DNA of 43,386 bases from a virus. Position numbers and translations under genes: made by a program. How positions within the stretch are numbered: the stretch's first letter is position 1; every line of letters starts with the position of its first letter. Location of the stretch: positions 1 to 43,386 of IMG/VR virus record IMGVR_UViG_3300045988_088603. One strand, written 5' to 3'. The notes under the pieces were generated by a model, which ran no database searches, was not told the origin of the DNA, and saw nothing but the letters and a program-made list of their open reading frames with translations. Below, one piece after another: positions 37,413 through 43,386 of this stretch.

Positions 37413-37719
37413 TTATATCCTTTCTACTTGTTTCTTAAACCCACACTCTGTCGTCATTCGCCACTGTACTGCTTTTGAAATCTCTTTATCTAAAGGATCT
37501 AATTCTTTGGACAATGCGTTCGCTAATACTCTCAGAGATGCTACGATATAAGGTAGTGTTCCTTCAGAAACAGGTGTTACACTATCTGATATTTTAAGAA
37601 GAATGTCCCTACATACTTCCCCAACAATATCGTTTACTTTATCTCCCTGATTGATTGCTGCACATTTGTATGCTTCTTCTATTTTTTTTTTCGCACTGTA
37701 ATAAAAACTCTTTTGTCAT
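37413..37719 (-). pseudogene. Early gene of about 101 codons interrupted by a frameshift at an A10 run (assembly error, phase variation or programmed slippage)
   Basis: The ATG at 37719 (SD AGAAGGA, ATGA overlap with the upstream stop) reads 12 codons into the A10 run (T10 on the plus strand, 37682-37691), then stops after 26 codons. The +1 frame is open for 90 more codons to the TAA at 37413-37415 and has no start codon of its own. Confidence 0.55.
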
Positions 37720-37970
37720 TGTTCCTTCTCGCTTTCTGTGCTATAATGCACTTGTGTTAAACTATTTATATCCGCACCTTCTGGAGTTGTTGCCTCAGGG
37801 GTGCATTTTTCTTTTATTAGGTTTTTCACTCTCTGGTATGTCGCAAGTTCTCTTTCTAGCAAACAAACTTCCATCAAGTTACTTGACACTTGATTACGTC
37901 TCTCGATATTTCTATTCAGAATATCAGTCCACTCATCAATTTCTTTCAGAATCAGCGTTTCATCAATCAT
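37716..37970 (-). CDS. Hypothetical early protein
   Basis: 84-aa ORF with SD AAAGGAGAAAAAG upstream. Confidence 0.6.
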   Translation of the reverse strand: MIDETLILKEIDEWTDILNRNIERRNQVSSNLMEVCLLERELATYQRVKNLIKEKCTPEATTPEGADINSLTQVHYSTESEKEQ

Positions 37971-37989
37971 CGATCATCTTTTTCTCCTT

Positions 37990-38115
37990 TCATTTCATTG
38001 TTAATTTATCCAGCATCCAGTCCATCGCTCTTTGTCCGATTTTTGTCTTAGATAAAATCAAACAAATGATCATGCTGACTGTTACATATAAGCTAAACAC
38101 CATTGCTGTTGCCAT
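37990..38115 (-). CDS. Small hydrophobic protein (41 aa), below the ORF-track cutoff
   Basis: The ATG directly follows the TAA of the upstream gene (TAAATG). The product is MATAMVFSLYVTVSMIICLILSKTKIGQRAMDWMLDKLTMK. Confidence 0.4.
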   Translation of the reverse strand: MATAMVFSLYVTVSMIICLILSKTKIGQRAMDWMLDKLTMK

Positions 38116-38388
38116 TTATGCTCCTTTCTCTGGTTGATATAAAACACCTGTCACTTCCCAAAATAACTTTGGACTGATGTAATAATTAATCTTCTTACTT
38201 CCTGGCTTTCTAAACGCATATCCGATTGGAAGCCACCCTGCTTCAATGCCTGCCCGGATAAAGCAAGCATCTTTTCCCATCTTCTTTGCTGCATACGCTA
38301 CCGGTACATTTCCTTCTGGAAATTGCTCTGGTACATTTGCGTATGCTGCTAACATTCTTAAAATTTGCCTTCTGCTCATGTCTTTCAC
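38116..38388 (-). CDS. Putative DNA-binding early protein (excisionase/HTH-like), function uncertain
   Basis: 90 aa with SD AGGTAGGTGA. The segment VAYAAKKMGKDACFIRAGIEAGWLPIG is loosely HTH_17/Xis-like. Confidence 0.45.
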   Translation of the reverse strand: MKDMSRRQILRMLAAYANVPEQFPEGNVPVAYAAKKMGKDACFIRAGIEAGWLPIGYAFRKPGSKKINYYISPKLFWEVTGVLYQPEKGA

Positions 38389-38517
38389 CTACCTTTCTTC
38401 AGATGGCTTAATTCCCTGCCCGACGATTGAGTGCTATTTTTAATAATTAACCAATTTAGGGAGGATTTAAGGATTCTGTGCATCGGACAGAGGATTAAGC
38501 CATCCGCTATTATTCTG

Positions 38518-38546
38518 TTGTCTTTCTTCCATATATCTCCTATACT
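38518..38546 (+). promoter_or_regulatory. Candidate promoter for the plus-strand 246-aa gene
   Basis: TTGTCT (38518-38523), a 17-nt spacer and TATACT (38541-38546) lie 50 nt upstream of the ATG, which has SD AAAGGAGAA. Confidence 0.5.
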
Positions 38547-38596
38547 TAAATCACAGGGCACTACCATGTCCGAGTATTCAAGAAAGGAGAATCCTA

Positions 38597-39337
38597 ATGA
38601 AATACAATAAAAATGCTACATTTTCTAAAGAACTATCATCAATTCAAAAAACTTTAGATTCATATCAAAGGTTGTATAATACGACAGCCATAAACACAGT
38701 TTCCAAAAGTCTTATGCAATTTCAATCAACTATGTCAAAACAACTAAATACTCAAGCCGCTGCCGCAACGCTTGTAATGCAGCAAGCATTAAGCAATCAA
38801 ATGAGTGCTTCGATTATGCAACTTTTTAAAATGGTTGAATCCTACAACAATCTCGCTAAAAGTATTGGATCATCCCTTAATCAAGTTGCTGTTCGCGGAT
38901 GTGCGGCTAAAGCCAAAGCTTTGGCTAGTTGTATAAATCTCAATCCATCTCAAACTCTTGTTTCTGGTGTTGCATCAGGAATACTTAGCAATAAAAATAT
39001 TGATGATGACATTGTCATTCCCAACGAAATCGCTATATCTATTTCTGATACACTAGGAATTTCTGCTGATGAACTTGAACCTGCTATTCCATATAAAGAT
39101 TCCAAGAAAATATCTATAGAAAAATTTGCTTTGTGGCTTGGTATTTTCTGTTCACTTTCTGGTCTTTTTGGAACTTTGATATATACTCCTATCACTGATT
39201 ATCTTTCTGGGAAATCTACTGAGAAATATCAGCATCAAATGCTTCAAGAAGAACACAAGCAAACAGAACTTCTTGAGAAAATTCACATCGATTTACAGAA
39301 AAATAATTCTTCTACATCTACAACCAAAGAAAAATAG
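38597..39337 (+). CDS. Reverse-oriented accessory protein with C-terminal TM anchor, function unknown
   Basis: 246 aa with a Q/S/A-rich helical N-terminal half and the TM segment FALWLGIFCSLSGLFGTLIY. It has its own promoter and terminator and is embedded antisense in the early lytic operon. Confidence 0.75.
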   Translation: MKYNKNATFSKELSSIQKTLDSYQRLYNTTAINTVSKSLMQFQSTMSKQLNTQAAAATLVMQQALSNQMSASIMQLFKMVESYNNLAKSIGSSLNQVAVRGCAAKAKALASCINLNPSQTLVSGVASGILSNKNIDDDIVIPNEIAISISDTLGISADELEPAIPYKDSKKISIEKFALWLGIFCSLSGLFGTLIYTPITDYLSGKSTEKYQHQMLQEEHKQTELLEKIHIDLQKNNSSTSTTKEK

Positions 39338-39530
39338 ATGTTCTTGCCAAAACAACCACTATTGCAAGTACATAGATTAATATTCTCTGGACTAGAAGAT
39401 CTCTTTTTATATCTCTTAAGGGATCTTCTTTTTTGATACTCTTCATTGATCTGACAACTGAAATTATTCCAAAGATACAAATCCCTGCTGCCACTAATCT
39501 AGTTATCTGAATATATCTCGTCTTTCTCAC
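39318..39530 (-). CDS. Possible 2-TM small membrane protein; start codon unclear
   Basis: 70-aa ORF with two hydrophobic helices. The only start is a GTG embedded inside the GGAGGTGA SD itself, and the ORF overlaps the plus-strand terminator. Confidence 0.3.
   Translation of the reverse strand: MRKTRYIQITRLVAAGICIFGIISVVRSMKSIKKEDPLRDIKRDLLVQRILIYVLAIVVVLARTSIFLWL
39394..39436 (+). terminator. Terminator-like hairpin after the 246-aa gene
   Basis: AGAAGATC (39394-39401) pairs with GATCTTCT (39422-39429) around a 20-nt loop and is followed by TTTTTTG. Confidence 0.45.
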
Positions 39531-39560
39531 CTCCTGGTTATTTAGTTTTTAATTTCTATG

Positions 39561-39577
39561 GTAACTTTTAAAGTTAC
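39561..39577. promoter_or_regulatory. Operator palindrome GTAACTT-TTA-AAGTTAC (third copy, downstream of cro)
   Basis: Perfect 7-bp inverted arms with a 3-nt spacer, the same arms as at 39788-39804. Confidence 0.6.
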
Positions 39578-39583
39578 TTTAAA

Positions 39584-39775
39584 TCAAAAAAAAATTTCCA
39601 TGGGATTTTCTATATGAAGTTCTTTGATCATAATTTCGATTTCATCACTTCCAAAAACACCTTTTGCCATCTTCTCATAAAATGTTTTAGGAGTGATTCC
39701 AATTAAATGAGCCACATTTGTCTGTGACAAACCTCTTTCAGATATAATTCCACGAAGTTTATCTGTTCTAATCAC
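39584..39775 (-). CDS. Cro-like XRE-family HTH regulator (first gene of the lytic operon)
   Basis: 63 aa with a GTG start 7 nt after GGAGG. The HTH is GLSQTNVAHLIGITPKTFYEKM. It is divergent from the cI-like gene. Confidence 0.8.
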   Translation of the reverse strand: MIRTDKLRGIISERGLSQTNVAHLIGITPKTFYEKMAKGVFGSDEIEIMIKELHIENPMEIFF

Positions 39776-39787
39776 TTTCTCACCTCC

Positions 39788-39836
39788 GTAACTTTTTAAG
39801 TTACTTTAATTATATCACGAAAAAGTAACTTGTCAA
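39788..39836 (-). promoter_or_regulatory. Early lytic promoter with overlapping operators
   Basis: On the minus strand, TTGACA (39836-39831), a 16-nt spacer containing a TG and TATAAT (39814-39809) form the promoter. The half-site GTAACTT (39825-39831) lies in the spacer, and the full palindrome GTAACTTTTTAAGTTAC (39788-39804) lies between the -10 and the SD. Confidence 0.7.
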
Positions 39837-39895
39837 GATATTTTTGATTGATTTTATAACATTTTTGTGATAATATTAAGTTACTAAGAAAGGAG

Positions 39896-40336
39896 ATGAT
39901 GTGGATGACAGTTGGTGAACGAATACAACTACTAAGAAAGAAAACTGGCATGAGTCAGATAGACTTTGCAACAAAAATAAATGTATCTAAGCAGACTTTG
40001 TATAAATATGAAAATAATCTTATTACTAATATACCGTCTGATAAAATTGAAGCTGTTGCAGATTTGTGTCATGTATCCCCTGCTTATTTGATGGGATGGG
40101 AGGAACCAGAACCTCAATCTTCTACCATACTAAATAAGAAAGATGAAAAAGATATCGCAAAACGATTAGAACAAACTCTTGATCAACTAGAATCCGATCA
40201 AGATGGACTGATGTTCTCCGGAGAACCTTTAGATGATGAAACAAGAGAATTATTAAAAGCGAGTCTCCAAAACAGTATAACCATCGCAAAAATAAATGCT
40301 AAGCAAAAATTCACACCAAAGAAATACAGAAAATAA
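39896..40336 (+). CDS. cI-like repressor (XRE-family HTH, ImmR-like)
   Basis: The HTH is GMSQIDFATKINVSKQTLYKYENN. The probable true start is the ATG at 39905, 9 nt after AAGGAG. An extended -10 (TGTGATAAT) lies at 39866-39874 and the half-site AAGTTAC at 39878-39884. Confidence 0.85.
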   Translation: MMWMTVGERIQLLRKKTGMSQIDFATKINVSKQTLYKYENNLITNIPSDKIEAVADLCHVSPAYLMGWEEPEPQSSTILNKKDEKDIAKRLEQTLDQLESDQDGLMFSGEPLDDETRELLKASLQNSITIAKINAKQKFTPKKYRK

Positions 40337-40349
40337 AGGAAGTGATTCA

Positions 40350-40772
40350 TTGGATATTCGTAAAAAAACAAACTCACTAAAGAAAAGATATGGTACGAAT
40401 AATCCTTTTGACATTGCTAAGTATTTAGGGATAAAGGTTATATTTGAACCATTGGGATCCATTAGTGGATACTACAATAAACAGCTTCGTATGAAGCAAA
40501 TACATATAAATCATGATCTTTCTGATCACGATCAGCTATTTACATGTGCACATGAATTAGGTCATGCAATTATGCATCCTGATGCTAATACTCCATTTTT
40601 AAGAAAACGAACTGGACTTCTTGTAAGTAAAATGGAAATCGAAGCAGATAAGTTTGCAACTGAGCTTCTAATTAATGATGAAATTTTTCTTGAGTTTCAA
40701 GAATTTACTACAGATCAAATCGCACGTGCACTTGGATATAATGAGGAACTGATAAAGTTAAGATTGAAATAA
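40350..40772 (+). CDS. immA: ImmA/IrrE-family zinc metallopeptidase (anti-repressor protease)
   Basis: HExxH lies in CAHELGHAIMH. The proposed TTG start at 40350 follows AAAGGAAGTGA and the cI stop. The ORF-track ATG at 40296 would overlap cI by 41 nt. Confidence 0.8.
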   Translation: MDIRKKTNSLKKRYGTNNPFDIAKYLGIKVIFEPLGSISGYYNKQLRMKQIHINHDLSDHDQLFTCAHELGHAIMHPDANTPFLRKRTGLLVSKMEIEADKFATELLINDEIFLEFQEFTTDQIARALGYNEELIKLRLK

Positions 40773-40782
40773 GGATAAAAGT

Positions 40783-41796
40783 ATGAGAAAAAAATTATTA
40801 ACTGTTGGACTTGCGGTGTTGATGGCTATATCTTCAACTTCATGCAAAAGTTCAGAGAAAACTCAAACAGCTAAAGAAGACACGTACAAAAACTATAAAC
40901 AGTATAATACATCATTCGGATTAAAATATAAAATTCCAAACGACTGGAATAAAACAGATACAAGCACATCTACTGATCTTACGTTCAGCAAAGACGATGA
41001 CACAATAACGCATGGTTTAATAGGTGTCTATTACTATGAATTTGATGGTGACATTATACAGAAAGAGAATTTTCGTTCTCTCGTTAGCAATATAAAAGAT
41101 GGCGAAAATTACAACGGCAAATTTCATTCTGAATCGTCTACAATAAATGGAGTAAAGGTTAAATTTTTTTCATACGAACTAGATATTAATGGTGATGCTT
41201 ATTTTATGAAAGGCATAGTTTTTAATTGCGGAAATGGGTATTGTATATTAGACTTTATATACCCAACAAATAAAGATTACGAAAAACTTTTTGATAATAT
41301 TGCAAATTCAATATCTGTTAATACTTCTGCAATCGTGACTGCAACCGAAAAACCGAACGAAACAGAAGCATCAGTGTCTGCTACGGAAGAACCAACAACC
41401 ACAGAGGTCACAACTGAAGCTACAACAGAGAAAGCAACTCAAGTAAAGCCAAAATCTAAGGACATCACTGACAAAGATATTGATTTTTCGAGTGATTATA
41501 GAAATGACTCCACTGGAAAATGGAGAATTGCCATAACTTCTGACAGCTTTGATATTGAAAAATATGCTTTATCCTATTATCTCAATTACTTTAAAGCTGA
41601 TGATGAGATCCATGTTATTGTGAACTTTACCAGAATGACAACAACCAAGATTTCTGACATGGGCGATACACTTGATGTATCAATTCATGAATACACAAAA
41701 GGTGAAGAACACGATGCCAATAAGGCATTGGGCGGAATGCTTTTAAATGAGTATCACGTCAATATAAAAACTGGAAAAATAACTAAAATCCAATAA
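40783..41796 (+). CDS. Prophage lipoprotein (candidate superinfection-exclusion factor)
   Basis: The signal peptide and lipobox are MRKKLLTVGLAVLMAISSTSC. A T/E-rich linker (ATEKPNETEASVSATEEPTTTEVTTEATTEK) separates two domains. The gene belongs to the lysogeny operon. Confidence 0.8.
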   Translation: MRKKLLTVGLAVLMAISSTSCKSSEKTQTAKEDTYKNYKQYNTSFGLKYKIPNDWNKTDTSTSTDLTFSKDDDTITHGLIGVYYYEFDGDIIQKENFRSLVSNIKDGENYNGKFHSESSTINGVKVKFFSYELDINGDAYFMKGIVFNCGNGYCILDFIYPTNKDYEKLFDNIANSISVNTSAIVTATEKPNETEASVSATEEPTTTEVTTEATTEKATQVKPKSKDITDKDIDFSSDYRNDSTGKWRIAITSDSFDIEKYALSYYLNYFKADDEIHVIVNFTRMTTTKISDMGDTLDVSIHEYTKGEEHDANKALGGMLLNEYHVNIKTGKITKIQ

Positions 41797-41806
41797 TAAA
41801 AGAAAA

Positions 41807-41828
41807 CCGCCAGCTACCAACTGGACGG
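41807..41828 (+). terminator. Terminator-like hairpin after the lipoprotein gene
   Basis: CCGCCAG-CTACCAA-CTGG(A)CGG preceded by an A-run. It has the same loop as the hairpin at 43282-43302. Confidence 0.5.
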
Positions 41829-41940
41829 AACATTGCGACATCGCAACAACTGAACTTTGAAAATATAATATACTTACCCAGGAAGTCGTCAGGCGGCAAG
41901 TCTCCAACACCGCTCCGAGCATTGCGGAAAGGAGGCCCTT

Positions 41941-42024
41941 ATGAGTACATATGAGGAATTTATGATCATCATAAATGTTGCACTATTAATTATTGCCATT
42001 CTGAACTATACACATAAAAAATAG
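41941..42024 (+). CDS. Hol-Tox-like small hydrophobic toxin (27 aa), candidate type I toxin
   Basis: SD AAAGGAGG lies 7 nt before the ATG. The product MSTYEEFMIIINVALLIIAILNYTHKK has one TM helix and a C-terminal KK, the pattern I recall for the putative holin-like toxin family (PF16935). Confidence 0.55.
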   Translation: MSTYEEFMIIINVALLIIAILNYTHKK

Positions 42025-42121
42025 CCGTCCTGCCCCTGGTAAGTGTAGAACGACCATTTTTCGTTAAGCATTCGCCGGAGCGGATGGGTTTGCTCCATCG
42101 TGCCGACTTATTACCAGATAC

Positions 42122-42150
42122 ATTATAATTAAGATTTTTAATTTTTTCAA
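42122..42150 (-). promoter_or_regulatory. Consensus-like convergent promoter (candidate antitoxin sRNA promoter)
   Basis: On the minus strand, TTGAAA (42150-42145), a 17-nt spacer and TATAAT (42127-42122) point into the 3' end of the toxin ORF. An overlapping plus-strand TATAAT (42124-42129) could instead serve rhuM. Confidence 0.45.
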
Positions 42151-42211
42151 CACCATTTCGGTGATCTCGCCCAAATGGTCCATAAAATATATAACGAAAG
42201 GATGTGAATAT

Positions 42212-43276
42212 ATGGACTTTGAAAAAGAAATTGCTGTCCGTAAGCAGCGTATCTTAAATCAAGCAACTCCTGATACAGCAAATTATACTATTGATAATAT
42301 TGCTGAAGGTGAAATTCTCTTTTATAAAGAGGATGATAAAGATATTAACGTCAGCGTTTTATATAAAGATGATACTTTTTGGATGACACAAAAAGCTATT
42401 TCTGAATTATTTCAAAAAAGCGTTTCCACAATATCACGACATATTTCAAATGTATTTTCCGAAAATGAATTAGATGAAAAAAGCAATTTGCATTTTTTGC
42501 AAATTCCAAATTCTGACAAACCTATAAAAATATATTCTCTAGATATGGTTATTTCTGTAGGTTATCGCACTAATTCTAAACAAGCTACTTTATTCAGGCA
42601 ATGGGCCACTGCTACCTTAAAAGAATTTATTACTAAAGGTTTTGTCATAAATGATGATATGCTTAAAAATGGAAATCCGTTTGGAAAAGATTACTTCGAT
42701 GAACTGTTAGAAAAAATCAAGGAAATTCGTGCAAGTGAGCGACGTTTCTATCAAAAAATCACTGATATATACGCACAATGCAGTTATGATTATGATCCTA
42801 ACAGTGCGATCACAAAAAACTTTTTTAAGAATGTGCAAAATAAGCTTTTGTTTGCAGTAACTGGTCAGACAGCTCCTGAAATTATTCATTCTCGTGCTGA
42901 CAGCCATAAAGATCATATGGGTCTGACTTCTTGGAAGAACTCTCCTGATGGAAAGATACTCAAATCAGATACGATTGTTTCTAAAAACTATTTAAATCAG
43001 ACAGAGCTATCTGATCTTAATGACATTGTAAATATGTATCTTGACTATGCCGAAAACCAAGCAAAAAGAAATAAATTAATGTCTATGCAGGATTGGATTT
43101 CAAAATTAGATGCATTTCTACAATTTAACGAATATGATATTCTACATAATTTTGGTACTGTCACAAGACAAATTGCCAATGCCCTAGCGTATCACGAATA
43201 TGAAAAATACAGAGTTATTCAAGATAAAGAATATGTCTCAGATTTTGACAAAGAAATGCATAAATATCTTAAATAA
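42212..43276 (+). CDS. rhuM: RhuM-family protein
   Basis: WMTQKAISELFQKSVSTISRHISNVF...YSLDMVISVGYRTNSKQATLFRQWAT...IRASERRFYQKITDIY is characteristic of Virulence_RhuM. The ATG at 42212 (SD AAAGGA) is preferred to the GTG at 42161. Confidence 0.8.
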   Translation: MDFEKEIAVRKQRILNQATPDTANYTIDNIAEGEILFYKEDDKDINVSVLYKDDTFWMTQKAISELFQKSVSTISRHISNVFSENELDEKSNLHFLQIPNSDKPIKIYSLDMVISVGYRTNSKQATLFRQWATATLKEFITKGFVINDDMLKNGNPFGKDYFDELLEKIKEIRASERRFYQKITDIYAQCSYDYDPNSAITKNFFKNVQNKLLFAVTGQTAPEIIHSRADSHKDHMGLTSWKNSPDGKILKSDTIVSKNYLNQTELSDLNDIVNMYLDYAENQAKRNKLMSMQDWISKLDAFLQFNEYDILHNFGTVTRQIANALAYHEYEKYRVIQDKEYVSDFDKEMHKYLK

Positions 43277-43281
43277 AAAAA

Positions 43282-43302
43282 CGCCTGGCTACCAACCAGG
43301 CG
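43282..43302 (+). terminator. Terminator-like hairpin after rhuM
   Basis: CGCCTGG-CTACCAA-CCAGGCG is a perfect 7-bp stem preceded by A7. There is no downstream T-run, so it may act mainly as a stabiliser or on the other strand. Confidence 0.5.
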
Positions 43303-43331
43303 AAGCTTAGAAGCTTATCAACTACTTTGCA

Positions 43332-43386
43332 GCATATGATATTACTTCTCCCTAAACAAGTGAATTATATCATACATCCTGCAAAA
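43332..43386. repeat. Terminal direct repeat, right copy (identical to 1-55)
   Basis: Same 55-mer as 1-55. The window starts and ends exactly on the repeat. Confidence 0.95.

Larger units (their letters stand above)
1..43386. mobile_element. Complete temperate phage genome (siphovirus-type morphogenesis module), circularly closed; unit length 43,331 bp
   Basis: Full lysogeny, replication, packaging, head, tail and lysis modules are present. The 55-nt ends are identical. The lysogeny operon (cI...rhuM) continues into int only when the ends are joined. Confidence 0.9.

Noticed and set aside
38385-38567. 60-aa minus-strand ORF between the early gene and the reverse-oriented gene
   Set aside because: It has no SD, spans the plus-strand promoter and the long inverted repeat, and its composition is not protein-like.
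42161-42211. GTG start for rhuM at 42161, and the ATG start at 40296 for immA
   Set aside because: The upstream extensions lack SDs or overlap the preceding gene, whereas the downstream starts (ATG 42212, TTG 40350) are correctly spaced from SD sequences. The TTG call for immA remains provisional.
1-43386. Alternative genetic code (stop-codon reassignment), as seen in some gut phages
   Set aside because: Long uninterrupted ORFs with standard stops tile the genome under code 11. I saw no in-frame TAG or TGA clusters splitting recognisable genes; the only interruption is the A10 frameshift.

Overview
The window is a complete temperate siphovirus-type phage genome from a low-GC Gram-positive, probably Clostridia-like, host (host assignment is inference). 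Nucleotides 1-55 are identical to 43332-43386, so the unit length is 43,331 bp and the contig closes into a circle. Nearly all lytic genes lie on the minus strand. In transcription order they are a cro-like regulator (39775), small early genes, then a replication module: DUF2800 nuclease, DUF2815 SSB-like protein, family-A DNA polymerase, VirE-type primase/helicase, VRR-NUC and an SNF2 helicase. These are followed by a sigma-r4-like late activator (27770), an accessory island (27350-24900), TerS/TerL, portal, MuF, scaffold, capsid, connectors, tail tube, a 1798-aa tape measure, Dit, Tal, fibres, a second small accessory island (4093-2856), holin and endolysin. The plus-strand lysogeny operon runs from a cI-like repressor through an ImmA protease, a lipoprotein, a Hol-Tox-like small toxin and RhuM. 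It continues across the circular junction into a zinc-ribbon tyrosine integrase, with the likely attP at 1411-1723. The most interesting region is an AT-rich two-gene cassette with its own promoter and terminators (a 303-aa soluble protein plus a 183-aa 4-TM protein, 25605-27080), a candidate uncharacterised defence system. Beside it sit a tandem DUF2829 (Tad2-like) anti-defence candidate and a CAU-anticodon tRNA. Other notable items:
- a MuF protein with a C-terminal HExxH extension followed by a 54-aa zinc-ribbon ORF
- a type I toxin-antitoxin-like locus
- an early gene interrupted at an A10 run
- a TGTTAAC iteron cluster (putative origin)
- GTAACTT-N3-AAGTTAC operators
- a tail fibre with a CE4-esterase-like domain
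No CRISPR array, rRNA gene or reverse transcriptase was seen. All family assignments come from reading motifs by eye; no searches were run.
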